Source: Eledone cirrhosa
Taxonomy: Eukaryota
Length of the DNA: 64,000 nt
Direction: 5' to 3'
Assembly (NCBI GenBank): GCA_964016885.1
Contig: OZ024756.1
Span: 23,064,001-23,128,000, forward strand
A program made the translations under genes and the position numbers. Position 1 is the first letter of the stretch. Each line of letters starts with the position of its first letter. Under the pieces are notes generated by a model. The model searched no databases, was not told the origin of the DNA, and saw only the letters and a list, made by a program, of their open reading frames with translations. This document shows, piece after piece, positions 12,867 through 27,629 of this stretch.

Positions 12867-13924
12867 CAAACGATAAACGTTCTAACGATTCTGCCAATTC
12901 GCCGCCTACACATATATACATACATGCATGCACGGCACATTAGATTTCTGAACTCCATCCAGCTTATGAAATGCATTCCACACACATAGAATCGCGTACA
13001 CAAGACAAAAATACTAGACCTAAACGAATACTGCAAAGCATGTTATCCAACGTTCTAACGGCTCTACCATTTCGCCGCATTAACAGTATTTACAGAGGAG
13101 ATTTTAAAGGAAATTAAAATTTAAAAATAGACGCTTTTATTATCAATTAGCAACTGTATATTACATTGCTCGGAAAATATAACATGCTAAATAAATATAA
13201 TCGCATTTATTCACTAAATTTTGAATAAATTGCTTTAAAATAATTGCTGAGAATTTGCAGCTGGTCTGTGAATGTTGATTCCCTCAAAATTATTTTGCTA
13301 GAATGTAAATGGGTTACATACAACTTAGATCAAATGTACATACATTCATGTTTATATATTAAAAGAAAATACAGTTTTTAAGCACTGGAGTTAAAATTAA
13401 TGAAATATTTATGAGTTAAGGTATTCGAATTACAGTCGAGTATCTAATGTAAAGTTTTAATTGACAAAATTACTTTCATACAACGTTTGTTTAAACAGCT
13501 GTACTAAAGAATGGAATAATAATGTTCGTGTTTCTATATATATTCAACGGACTGGCTTTATTCAACATGAAACTATAATTACTCCCTGTATATAAGATAT
13601 ATAGAATACTTTTCTATGTAGGTCAGAATTACTGTACATAAATGACATAACAAAACATGTAAATCTTGCACATAAACTAAATGATATGGTAAGTAAATAT
13701 TATACTTGACACTAATTAGACATCAATACTTATATTCCTGTGAATTCATTATTGTGCTATCAAGACATTGTATAGAACTATGGCTACGTTGTAACGTTAG
13801 TCGAAAAGTGGAACACTCCTCGTTAAAAGTGACGGAGGCGCATTTCACTTGCTGTATGCTTACAGATTTAAATTAATTTCCTGAACTGTGTATGTGTTGA
13901 AACCCCGTTGATGGTAACGAGTGT

Positions 13925-14352
13925 TCCTCCTCCTCCTCCTTCTTCTTCTTCTTCATCCCCTTATTCCCGGGAGTGTGGTGGGAGCAGTGCCCTCAAATAC
14001 TCCTTCCAGCGGATCCTGACAGAAGCAAATGATCCGGCTGAATCTCCAAGCTAGACCAACCGAGCTCATGAATGTTATCCAACTCTCTTGCTAATGGTCT
14101 ACCCCTGAGTCTCCTAGCGATTGGTTTTGCTGCAAAGATCTCCCCAGCTATTCTTTCCTGAGACATTCTAACCACGTGTCCATAATACCGAGGCTGTGAT
14201 CTCTCATTTCAGAGACGTAGTGGCTCTACCTTGAGCTGCTCTCTAATCTCCGAGCTACGCACTCTATCGAGTAACGTTAATCCAAAGACCCACAGAGGAA
14301 CCCCATTTCGGTCTCTTGTATTTACGATCGCATTCTTTCTGTCATTACCGAA
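13925..14352 (-). mobile_element. RTE-clade LINE 3' remnant
   Basis: Translates to ..GLTLLDRVRSSEIREQLKVE.. and ..VRMSQERIA..RRLRGRP..LDNIHELGW; simple-repeat tail. Confidence 0.85.
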
Positions 14353-14434
14353 TTGAAGAGTGTTCCAGTTGTTCAAATAATGAAACATCCCGTTCGTGAT
14401 ATTAGCAGGCAAGTGTCTATGCATTCTTCAGATA

Positions 14435-14636
14435 TGTTTACCTTTAACGTAGATCTCAGGGAGATTTAGCGTGACACAAATATGACAAGGCTGACCCCTT
14501 AAAATACAGATACAACTGACTGGAAAGGAGTTAAATGAAATAAAATATCTTGCTGAAGGACACAACTCCTGCCGGAAATCGAACTCAAGTCCTTACGGCC
14601 GTGAGCGAAACGCTCTACCAATTAAACCACGTGCCT
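14435..14636 (-). mobile_element. CORE-type tRNA SINE, decayed
   Basis: GAAATAAAATATCTTGCTGAAGGACACAAC..AATCGAACTC..ACCACGTGCC. Confidence 0.65.
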
Positions 14637-15039
14637 TTTCAATGTCCTGAAACATATGGCCTATGTTCATTGACCTAGTTAAACAGATTTCAATCAGGAA
14701 TTCTATATTCATAACTGGGGTTCTGCCCTACATACATGATGGACTTGACCTAGAAAGGTTGGTAATTCGGATAATATATCGTTTACGAAGTTGAAGTATT
14801 ATACGAATTTACGTCTGACCTATAAAACCAATGTCGTATAAACTTACAGAAGTATATATGGTGTTAGCTGTGTGGTTGAAGAGTTAGCTTCCTCGCCTTA
14901 TTGTGTCAGGTTCAGTGACATTGTGAGACAGCCAAACAAGTGTCTTCTTTGGGAGAGAAAACTAGGAGTCATAACAAGTATCCATATGAATCACTACCTC
15001 CTTACGGACAACTGACGCTGCACACCAGGTCCGAACACA

Positions 15040-15330
15040 AAAGAGCCGAACTCTCACTGTCATCGCCTCCATCTCTCTCGCCTTCCCCATCTCTCTGTAT
15101 TATGAGCAAATGGGGTCCCACGTTCTGGCCGCCCCACGACCCCAGCTGACAGAATGGAGAAGGCGTTTTCCCGGAGGATGATAAGGGAGATGCACTGGAA
15201 GAGCCATTCCATCTTGCGAGGCTCACACCTGCGACTAGCCAGCTCAGCGCCTATGGTGGTGAGTAGGGAGGTCGCCCTAGGGCCAAGGACACCAGAAGTC
15301 TCCACTGTTAGGGGTTCGACTGCAAACCAC
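15040..15330 (-). mobile_element. CRE-like non-LTR retrotransposon C-terminal (RLE) remnant
   Basis: VETSGVLGPRATSLL..RRCEPRKMEWLFQCISLIILRENAFSIL resembles the ET.G.WG..LQR.S.A.QRGNA motif; homologous to 36420-36800. Confidence 0.75.
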
Positions 15331-15541
15331 TATAGTCTCCTTCGGTTAACTAAAGTGCTGCAAGCTCATTACTAGTTTTTCCAGCATTGGATTGAGACGG
15401 CAATATATTTGTTAAACCAGCCTCTCTTGCTAAGACCTAAATGTGTCCCGTGTTACCCTGTGCGAAGAACGATGTGGTACGATTATATTTTTATGCCACC
15501 TGAACATATTGCAGTTTTTGGTGGTCACATTCGCTCCGGTT

Positions 15542-15708
15542 AAGGCGGTGAGTTGGTAGAGTCGTTAGAAACTCGGATAGAATGCTTTATGGTATTAGGT
15601 TCTGGCTCTCGACTCTCTCATTTCAAATCCCACCGAGACCAACTTTGCCTTTCAGCATTCCAAGATGGATAAAAAAAAATAGCAGTCTACTACTGGGGTG
15701 ATTCTTCA

Positions 15709-15739
<31 letters not shown>

Positions 15740-15870
15740 GGAAGAAATCTGCTGTACTTAGACCTAGAGGGGGGGATCGGCTCAGTCAGATTTAAAATAC
15801 TCTAAAAATCAACGTAGTTCAATACGGCGCCCCTATGACTCTCTCGGGAGTTAAAGGCCCATGAAATAGA
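15542..15870 (+). mobile_element. SINE family 2
   Basis: Head GGCGGTGAGTTGGTAGAGTCGTTAG..TTCAAATCCC, then (TC)n, then tail GGAAGAAATCTGCTGTACTTAGACCTAGAGG. Confidence 0.8.
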
Positions 15871-15882
15871 AGTATAGAAATC

Positions 15883-16016
15883 AATAATTGTTTCTACTTT
15901 AGGCACAAGGCCAGCAATTACCCAGTGCATTACTGGTACTTTATTTTATCAACCCCGTAAGGATGAAAGGCAAAGTCAACCTCGGCGGGATTTGAACTCA
16001 GATCGTAAAGGGACGT
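15883..16016 (-). mobile_element. SINE family 1
   Basis: Reverse complement of the tail through the B-box. Confidence 0.85.
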
Positions 16017-16773
<757 letters not shown>

Positions 16774-16801
16774 ATCAAAAGATGGTTAAAGGAGTTCCAT
16801 G

Positions 16802-16872
16802 TATTTTATTATGCGCATTTCAAAAACAAACATCATCATGCAATAATATTTGTGTTTTCATCAGATAAAACA
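16802..16872 (-). ncRNA. Type I hammerhead ribozyme (left arm)
   Basis: Exact reverse complement of 16998-17068. Confidence 0.85.
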
Positions 16873-16997
16873 GGAGAACATGATATGAAGGCTAAAAAAT
16901 ACTTGTGAATAGTGCAGTTTTAAATCAACATATCATATATGTTGATTTAAAACTGCACTATCCACAAGTGTTTTTTAGCCTTCATATCATGTTCTCC

Positions 16998-17068
16998 TGT
17001 TTTATCTGATGAAAACACAAATATTATTGCATGATGATGTTTGTTTTTGAAATGCGCATAATAAAATA
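16998..17068 (+). ncRNA. Type I hammerhead ribozyme (right arm)
   Basis: Stem I TGTTTTAT/ATAAAATA; CTGATGA at 17006-17012; ~15-bp stem II with G.U pairs; GAAA at 17049-17052; palindromic stem III ATGCGCAT; AUA cleavage triplet, cut after 17060. Confidence 0.85.
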
Positions 17069-17191
17069 CATGGAACTCCTTTAACCATCTTTTGATCTTA
17101 TATATTATGTATACTCCAGTCCTACAAACTGTAGAGTGCTTCTTATCCGATATCTGCATTGCTTTATTGTACTACAATAAAACTCACCTCC

Positions 17192-17194
<3 letters not shown>

Positions 17195-17274
<80 letters not shown>

Positions 17275-17755
17275 ATGTGTGTATGTATGTGTATGTGTGT
17301 ATGTATGTATATGTGTGCATGCATTCAAAAGTACATACAACTGTCAAACATTAACTAAATAAGCTGCCAATAAATGTAAGCTTTTCTTAAATCGTTAGTT
17401 GTCATAAATTGATTTTATGATAATATTATCTATTTATCTCTTTGTCTATTTTTTTTCTCTCTTCCTGTGCGTATGTCTGTATATCTGTGTGAGAGAGTGT
17501 GTGGGAGGGTGGGTCTGTATGTGTATATATACATATATATATGCATATATATATATATATATAAAAACATACATATTCACACATATATATATATATATAC
17601 AAGCATATATATATATATATACATACATATATACACATATATATATACATATATATATACACATATATATATATACATACAAATATATATATACATACAT
17701 ATATATATACACATATATATATACATACATATATACACATATATATATAGATACA

Positions 17756-17796
<41 letters not shown>

Positions 17797-18018
17797 ACAC
17801 ATATATATATATATACACATATATATACATATATATATACATACATATATATATATATACATACATATATATATACACACATATATATATACACACATAT
17901 ATACACATATATATATATATACATACATATATATATACACATATATATACACATATATATATATATATACATACATATATATATACACATATATGTATAC
18001 ACATACATATATACACAC

Positions 18019-18115
<97 letters not shown>
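17195..18115. repeat. (TA)n/(TACA)n microsatellite blocks
   Basis: Seen directly. Confidence 0.9.
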
Positions 18116-18119
18116 TTCT

Positions 18120-18829
18120 ATTTTAGTTTACTAGTGTGTGTTTACAACACTGACCTAAGAGAAGTATAAATAAATAAATAAATAAATAAATACATACATA
18201 CACAAGCACAATAACAACAAACATATAAACACACACTAGTAAACTAAGATAGAATACAATAACCAATACACAGTCACCCAAACACGAACACACATCAAAC
18301 AAAACACTATACACACACGCAAACGCATGCGCAGAGAAGACAAAAAAATAAACAAATAAATAAATAAACTGACTAAATAAAGATGGCGTAGGCATAGAAT
18401 GCAACGGGAGGAAACATAATAGCACCACTAACGACGTTGCAGATGTGCAACGAAAGAACTTTGTTAGGCTATATTTATGTGTTTGTGTCTATATTGTATC
18501 TGTATTTTTTACCGTTGGTCAATCAATGGTAACATTGAGGACCGAATAAATTAAATTAACCGATATAAAAGACACAAGCGAAAACCAACTAAACAGTGAG
18601 TGTGTTCTGTTATTAATTCTGGCAATATTATTACATATATATAGATACATATATATACATATATATACATATATACATACATACATATACATATATACAT
18701 ATATATGTATATATATGTATATATATGTATCTATATATATGTAATAATATTGCCAGAATTAATAACAGAACACACTCACTGTTTGCTTGGTTTTCGCTTG
18801 TGTCTTTTATATCGGTTAATTTAATTTAT
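18120..18829 (+). mobile_element. pLTR-like element with decayed HHR (18428-18462) and inverted duplication of its 3' end
   Basis: CTAACGA-C-GTTGCA-GATG-TGCAAC-GAAA; 18546-18640 is inverted at 18735-18829; homologous to 32887-33160 and 40280-40705. Confidence 0.7.
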
Positions 18830-19592
<763 letters not shown>

Positions 19593-19929
19593 TGGGTGTA
19601 TGTGTGAGTATACAAAACTGGTCGACCATATGAAATGTAAACTAGCCAATTCATTAACGACTAAGTCTTCTTCCTTCCAATACAACGAATGCATTCATTC
19701 ATATATTTCACGAATGCTATTAGACTCATGCCGCCTCATACATGCATTTCTGGTGATCAGGCAAAATCCAATACTGACCAGGCTTTCAATAAAACTATTC
19801 AAGCACTCACAGACATCTATCTTTACATCCTCGCTCAACTGAATGGAAATATAAGCCAAAGAAATGGAACCGCTACACGACGGCACGATTTCGCTAAAAA
19901 TAGCAGCCAAATCTCTTTCAAATTAGACA

Positions 19930-19976
<47 letters not shown>

Positions 19977-20026
19977 CCTGTCACTATCTACCCACCAAAT
20001 TATACATTATACTGTAAACAAAAATA

Positions 20027-20332
20027 TAATTGTTTCTATTTTTGGCACAAGGCCAGCAAATACCTAGTACATTACTGGTACTTTATTTTATCGACATGAA
20101 AGGCAAAGTTAACCTCGGCGGGATTTGAACTCAGACCATAAAGGGCCGTAACTCTTTGCTGCAAAGCATGGCGGCCGACCCTCTACCGATGCTGCCTATC
20201 CAAGAAATATATAATTGTTTCTACAATAGGCACAAGGCCAGCAATTATCCCAGTGTATTACTGGTACTTTATTTTATCGACCCCCGTTAGGATGAAAGGC
20301 AAAGTTAATCTCGACGGGATTTGAACTCAGAA
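20027..20332 (-). mobile_element. Two adjacent SINE family 1 copies
   Basis: Copies at 20027-20200 and 20212-20332. Confidence 0.85.
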
Positions 20333-20424
20333 TGATCTCGAGTGGTAAATGTTTGTAAAAGAGTTCTTCCCCGTGTGTCACAATAAAAAGAAATTTATAC
20401 AAAGCAATGATAAACTTAATCATT

Positions 20425-20825
20425 TTCTTAGCCCACTTAATTCTGGGAATGTCTTGGAGGCAGAGTCTGCAAACGCCTTCCAGCGGGTCCTGTCAGAAGC
20501 AACCGTCCCCAACTGATCCGGCTGGATTCCCAAACGAGACCAGCCAAGCTCATGGATGTTATCCAACCATCTTTCTCGGGGTCTACCCCTAGGTCTCCTG
20601 CCGGCTGGTTTTGTCCGTAAAATCTGTCTAGCGATTCTTTCCTGAGACATTAAAACCACATACCCATAGTATCGGAGCTATGATCTGTTGATTCGGAGAA
20701 AATGTAGCTCTACCTGGAGTGACTCTCTCATCTCCAAGCTACACACTTTATCGAGTTATGTTACTCCAAATACCCTTCCGAGGAACCCCATTCCAGCCGC
20801 TTGTATTCGCGATCGTATTCTCACT
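20425..20825 (-). mobile_element. RTE-clade LINE 3' remnant
   Basis: MSQERIARQILRTKPAGRRPRGRPRERWLDNIHELGWSRLG; same family as 13925-14352. Confidence 0.9.
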
Positions 20826-22139
20826 TAAAATGCATTGAAATATTTTTTATATGCTTGAATGTTGTTATAATATAATTCCGCTTGTCTATGCTACTGTAGT
20901 TGGAGTCATCAATATTATTTTCAAATTCACACAGATGCATTTGAAAAATTCTCGCCGAAATCAAAGTTTTACTTTTTTCTTTTTTTTGTGGTCTAGTGGT
21001 AGTTGGTATTAGAGACGATGGAAACCCTGACCCGAGGTTCAATCTTCGTAAGGATCTAGAGTAACGGTGTCTTACTAATTTTGTTTTTAATGATGGTACC
21101 CTAGCATGGACTCAGTCAGTTGACCAGATCAAGAAAAAGAGTAAGATTTTAATGGTGGCATTTTTGCTGCAAAATCTTCATTGCTGTGGTTAGTAAGATA
21201 TTGGCATACTACCACATTCAAAAATATCGATTAGACTCATGCCTTTTATTAACTATGAGTTAATATTTTTCGAATACACTTATTAATAGATCAATTTGGT
21301 GCAATACTTCTCTGCACCATATTTAATTCAGTTTGTATGCAATATTTTATTTCAAATATTTTCACTTTTTTTGTATTTATATTTTGCGTACAAATTCCTC
21401 GTATATATTTGAAATTAGGTTTCTCTTTGCACACATATTACCATTCTTTCTATATTTTACATGTTCCTAGTTATAAACTAGAGTGATGTGACGCATGTTT
21501 CTTAATACAAATTTACAAAACTGGGACACCACATTATAATCCATCTTTATAAACCACTTCATGTGACTTCACCAATTTCTATCGTATTATCTGCATGATT
21601 AATATTCCAGTTTCCCTTTGCGAGAGACAGCTAATAAGATTAGGAAAAGGTTTTCAATTGTGTAAGCCACTATTAGGATAGCTAAAGAATTATTTTTATC
21701 TAATTTAAGAATAGGATTCATTGAATACCAATGGTTCGAGCTTCAAAATAATCAAATATATATAATAAACCCCATACAAAACCTTATTTACCGCTTCCTT
21801 TTAACTTAATTAGACTGAAAATTAAGGATGGCGGCACCAATCCTATTTCAAATAAAAAAATAATATCAAAAAATAAATTAAAACACCAGTAAAACAAAAG
21901 GTATTTCTTTAAAGATATAACCGGCAGAGAATCTTTTCCTTTGATTCAGTAAAAACAATCTATATTAAGCGCACAAAAAGAGAATTTTCTGTAATTTGTT
22001 ACAAGAAAATATCTACCGAAAAAAAGGCCTAGATGGAGACATGATAGAGAAGTGACATTTTATATGGTGTAAATAACTAACGTGAATTTAGTTACATGGA
22101 GGTGTCCTAACTTAACATAAAGTTTGATACGTTTGACAG

Positions 22140-22430
22140 AGGTAAAGTTTGATTAATTTATATATTAAAATGTACCAGTTAAATACTGGAGTTGATTCTG
22201 CCTCCATATCTTTCTCACCTCATTCCTCTCTCTTTCTCTCTATCTCTCTCTCTCATTTTCTATCCTTATATGGAAGAAATCTGCTGTGTACAGACCTGGA
22301 GGGAGATGGACTCTGCTAGGCTTAAAATGCCAAAAGAAAACGTGTTGTGTACAGACTTGGAGAGATGGACTCAGCCAGGCTTAAAATCCCCCCCAAAAGC
22401 TGTGTGTTACCCACGACCCTGGAATAAGTT
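22140..22430 (+). mobile_element. SINE family 2, decayed, with tail duplication
   Basis: (TC)n followed by GGAAGAAATCTGCTGTGTACAGACCTGG. Confidence 0.55.
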
Positions 22431-22599
22431 GGTGAAGAAGAAGAGAAGAACTTATAATGTTCTGGAGGATGGTCTTCATATAGAGAGCTTTTCATTTCGG
22501 ATATAAGTTAAATTTGCGAAATCAGAAATTACAAGGGGCGGCTAAAATGTTTATAAGCTGACCAGGATTCTTTCATGGAATGACCAAATGAGAAACCCT

Positions 22600-22740
22600 T
22601 TGCTTTCTCAGTTGAGTATACTGGATCAACGTGAATTGAAATGTTTCGTTCAAAAACACAACAAAGAAATCCAGTCAAGGAATTGGACCCACGACAGTAT
22701 GATCGTAAGTCCAACATCTTTATCACTAGACCCCGAGCCT
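22600..22740 (-). mobile_element. CORE-type SINE head abutting the satellite
   Basis: Homologous to 40095-40212 and to the reverse complement of 50057-50200. Confidence 0.75.
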
Positions 22741-25468
22741 CATCAAACCGGGAAACAGTTTAAGTCTACTACCAGAAAAATTGTGGAAAGGTCCCTCAAA
22801 CGTGCTTTTACGCAACTTACATTTCCCAGTAAGCCTCGAGCCTTATCAAACCTGGAAACTGTTTAAGTGTACTACCGCAAAACTGGACGGTCCCTGGGAC
22901 GTGCCTCATCAAACCGGGAAATAGTTTAAGTCTACTACCACAAAACTGGAACGATCCCTCGGACGTGCTTTCACAAAGCTTCCATTTCCCAGTAAGCCTC
23001 GAGCCTTATCAAACCTGGAAACTGTTTAAGTGTACTACCGCAAAACTGGACGGTCCCTGGGACGTGCCTCATCAAACCGGGAAATAGTTTAAGTCTACTA
23101 CCAGAAAAATTGTGGAAAGGTCCCTCGAACGTGCTTTTACGCAACTTACATTTCCCAGTAAGCCTCGAACCTTATCAAACCTGGAAACTGTTTAAGTGTA
23201 CTACCGCAAAACTGGACGGTCCCTGGGACGTGCCTCATCAAACCGGGAAATAGTTTAAGTCTACTACCACAAAACTGGAACGATCCCTCGGACGTGCTTT
23301 CACAAAGCTTCCATTTCCCAGTAAGCCTCGAGCCTTATCAAACCTGGAAACTGTTTAAGTGTACTACCGCAAAACTGGACGGTCCCTGGGACGTGCCTCA
23401 TCAAACCGGGAAATAGTTTAAGTCTACTACCAGAAAAATTGTGGAAAGGTCCCTCGAACGTGCTTTTACGCAACTTACATTTCCCAGTAAGCCTCGAGCC
23501 TTATCAAACCTGGAAACTGTTTAAGTGTACTACCGCAAAACTGGACGGTCCCTGGGACGTGCCTCATCAAACCGGGAAAATAGTTTAAGTCTACTACCAG
23601 AAAAATTGTGGAAAGGTCCCTCGAACGTGCTTTTACGCAACTTACATTTCCCAGTAAGCCTCGAGCCTTATCAAACCTGGAAACTGTTTAAGTGTACTAC
23701 CGCAAAACTGGACGGTCCCTGGGACGTGCCTCATCAAACCGGGAAATAGTTTAAGTCTACTACCACAAAACTGGAACGATCCCTCGGACGTGCTTTCACA
23801 AAGCTTCCATTTCCCAGTAAGCCTCGAGCCTTATCAAACCTGGAAACTGTTTAAGTGTACTACCGCAAAACTGGACGGTCCCTGGGACGTGCCTCATCAA
23901 ACCGGGAAATAGTTTAAGTCTACTACCAGAAAAATTGTGGAAAGGTCCCTCGAACGTGCTTTTACGCAACTTACATTTCCCAGTAAGCCTCGAACCTTAT
24001 CAAACCTGGAAACTGTTTAAGTGTACTACCGCAAAACTGGACGGTCCCTGGGACGTGCCTCATCAAACCGGGAAATAGTTTAAGTCTACTACCAGAAAAA
24101 TTGTGGAAAGGTCCCTCGAACGTGCTTTTACGCAACTTACATTTCCCAGTAAGCCTCGAACCTTATCAAACCTGGAAACTGTTTAAGTGTACTACCGCAA
24201 AACTGGACGGTCCCTGGGACGTGCCTCATCAAACCGGGAAATAGTTTAAGTCTACTACCACAAAACTGGAACGATCCCTCGGACGTGCTTTCACAAAGCT
24301 TCCATTTCCCAGTAAGCCTCGAGCCTTATCAAACCTGGAAACTGTTTAAGTGTACTACCGCAAAACTGGACGGTCCCTGGGACGTGCCTCATCAAACCGG
24401 GAAATAGTTTAAGTCTACTACCAGAAAAATTGTGGAAAGGTCCCTCGAACGTGCTTTTACGCAACTTACATTTCCCAGTAAGCCTCGAGCCTTATCAAAC
24501 CTGGAAACTGTTTAAGTGTACTACCGCAAAACTGGACGGTCCCTGGGACGTGCCTCATCAAACCGGGAAAATAGTTTAAGTCTACTACCAGAAAAATTGT
24601 GGAAAGGTCCCTCGAACGTGCTTTTACGCAACTTACATTTCCCAGTAAGCCTCGAGCCTTATCAAACCTGGAAACTGTTTAAGTGTACTACCGCAAAACT
24701 GGACGGTCCCTGGGACGTGCCTCATCAAACCGGGAAATAGTTTAAGTCTACTACCACAAAACTGGAACGATCCCTCGGACGTGCTTTCACAAAGCTTCCA
24801 TTTCCCAGTAAGCCTCGAGCCTTATCAAACCTGGAAACTGTTTAAGTGTACTACCGCAAAACTGGACGGTCCCTGGGACGTGCCTCATCAAACCGGGAAA
24901 TAGTTTAAGTCTACTACCAGAAAAATTGTGGAAAGGTCCCTCGAACGTGCTTTTACGCAACTTACATTTCCCAGTAAGCCTCGAACCTTATCAAACCTGG
25001 AAACTGTTTAAGTGTACTACCGCAAAACTGGACGGTCCCTGGGACGTGCCTCATCAAACCGGGAAATAGTTTAAGTCTACTACCAGAAAAATTGTGGAAA
25101 GGTCCCTCGAACGTGCTTTTACGCAACTTACATTTCCCAGTAAGCCTCGAACCTTATCAAACCTGGAAACTGTTTAAGTGTACTACCGCAAAACTGGACG
25201 GTCCCTGGGACGTGCCTCATCAAACCGGGAAATAGTTTAAGTCTACTACCAGAAAAATTGTGGAAAGGTCCCTCGAACGTGCTTTTACGCAACTTACATT
25301 TCCCAGTAAGCCTCGAACCTTATCAAACCTGGAAACTGTTTAAGTGTACTACCGCAAAACTGGACGGTCCCTGGGACGTGCCTCATCAAACCGGGAAATA
25401 GTTTAAGTCTACTACCACAAAACTGGAACGATCCCTCGGGCGTGCTTTCACAAAGCTTCCATTTCCCA
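22735..25468. repeat. Satellite array, ~16.5 units of 163-167 bp, with a 991-bp higher-order repeat
   Basis: CATCAAACCGGGAAA recurs at 22741, 22907, 23070, 23236, 23399, 23565, 23732, 23895, 24061, 24227, 24390, 24556, 24723, 24886, 25052, 25218 and 25384. Confidence 0.97.
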
Positions 25469-25723
25469 CAAGGTCACGCTGCTCCACTATATTTATGCGA
25501 TGATAACAATAGCCTGCATCTGATCATTGCTAATATAATCATACCACGTCATACCACTATAGCATTACTGTTTATCATTCATTACCATCTGTAAGAATTA
25601 TCGAGCACAATGCTATAACAAAGAAATATATGAGTGTTATGATAATAACAATAACTTTAACGCATGCAATAAAAAATATTTCAGATATCTGTCATAATTT
25701 TTTTTCTGATACAGGATAATATT

Positions 25724-25769
25724 GAGAGAGAGAGAGAGACAGAGAGAGAGAGACAGAGAGAGAGACAGA

Positions 25770-25821
<52 letters not shown>

Positions 25822-26162
25822 GAGATAGAGAGAGAGAGACAGAGAGAGAGACAGAGAGAGAGACAGAGAGAGAGAGACAGAGTGTGTGTGTGTGTGTGTG
25901 TGTGGGTGTGTGGGTGCACATACATATATACATACTTGCATATATACATGTGTGTGTATGTATGTATGTATATATATATATATATGTATGTATCTACGTA
26001 TTATGTCTGTATACATACATACATACATACATACATACATACATACATACACGTGTGTGGTGTATTCTGGCGTTAACTCATTATCTTAAAAATGGAGTTT
26101 TTGCAGTGAAACATATATTGTCAGTATAAACACACATACACAAACACACATATGTAATATAA

Positions 26163-26235
<73 letters not shown>

Positions 26236-26240
26236 CACAC
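25724..26240. repeat. (GA)n, (TG)n, (TACA)n, (GACA)n microsatellites
   Basis: Seen directly. Confidence 0.9.
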
Positions 26241-26899
26241 ATGAACTCTCATGAAAAGAGATGTGTCGAAGTGCATCCTATTATCTCTAAATGTTAAAAC
26301 GTTGCCATTCTTTAGAGATTGTTTAATTAAGACGTAGAGGAAAATATGTACTGAGGTTGATAACATTGACTAAACCATTTGTATACTATGCTCCAGTATG
26401 GCCGTAAGTCCAATAACTGAAACTAGTAAAAACAAGGGAGAAGTAAAAAGTTGTATCAGTGTAAAAGAGAAGGTTTTTTTTATGTTATAGAAAAAAATAT
26501 TTAGACAATAAAAGAACAAAATAGTTTAAGACAAATAAATATTGGTTATAAATATGTAGAAATTGTGGCGTCGTAAAACAAAAAGCAGACGCAAGTGTAT
26601 TTATATCTCAACAGATAATATAAAGATGTGTTATATATAAATATACTATGGTGATGCGGAATATATAGATATACTATAGTGATGTGGTATACACACAGTA
26701 AACAGCGGAAGCCACGTGTTGTCCCTCTCCGACATAACCTTCTCTTTTCCTCGAAAACCCCTAGTTGATGGATGCAAAATCCGAAATATAGGGACTATTA
26801 AATCACTTCCAAGGTAACAATCTCGTCTTATTATTTTTTTTTTTACACTTTTCCTGCGTTCCTTTACGCTCTCCACGTCTCTTTCTACACTTCCTCTTA

Positions 26900-27297
26900 C
26901 ATCTGACGCTCTACCGATTTCTGCTAATCTACCGCCCGCCCTTGTATATTATATTAACGATTTCTAGTATAGGCACAAGGCCAACAATTTTGAGTGAGGT
27001 GAAAGTCAATTAAATCGACACCAGTGCATCACTGGTACTTTGTTTTATTGACCTCGTAAGGATGGAAGGTAAAGTCAACCTCGCCGGGATTTGAACTCAG
27101 AAAGTAAAGGGCCATAACTATGCTGCAAAGCATGACGTCTGACACTCTACCGATACTGCCAATACACCGGCCTATATTAATATGTATAAATATATTATAA
27201 TAATTGATTCTACATTTGGCACAAGGCCAGCAATTATCCCAGTGTATTACTGGTACTTTATTTTATCGACCCCGTAAGGATGAAAGGCAAAGTTGAC
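26900..27297 (-). mobile_element. Cluster of SINE family 1 copies
   Basis: Head fragment, a full copy at 26955-27170, and a 3' copy at 27200-27297. Confidence 0.85.
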
Positions 27298-27629
27298 GAG
27301 TAATAACTATACTATCATAATGACTTATTACTATACTATTATGGTGAGTTACTTATATATTACTATACTATAATGATATGTTACTTATATATAATACTAT
27401 ACTATAATGTTATTTATATACAATACTATAATGTGTTCTATATATATAATACTATAATTATGTTATATTGGGTCGTCAAGTATGAAATTTGTAGAAATTT
27501 TTTTTTTTATTTCTACTAATTTCATACTTCACTATCCAATATATAACTATACTATAATGATACGTTACTTATATTTCACCACATAGATTATTGGTATTGG
27601 TATGGTATTGTCTCGTAACTTCTGATAGA

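Larger units (their letters stand above)
16771..17099. mobile_element. 329-bp near-perfect palindrome of a hammerhead-bearing element
   Basis: ~163-bp arms with about 2 mismatches; 3-nt loop CAT at 16934-16936; left end abuts (TA)n. Confidence 0.9.

Noticed and set aside
22735-25468. CRISPR-like repeat/spacer appearance; duplicated 74-aa ORFs; TTGATGAG hammerhead-like word on the minus strand
   Set aside because: The 'spacers' are just two recurring variants, the context is eukaryotic with no cas genes, the ORFs arise from a 1-bp insertion, and no HHR stems can be formed.
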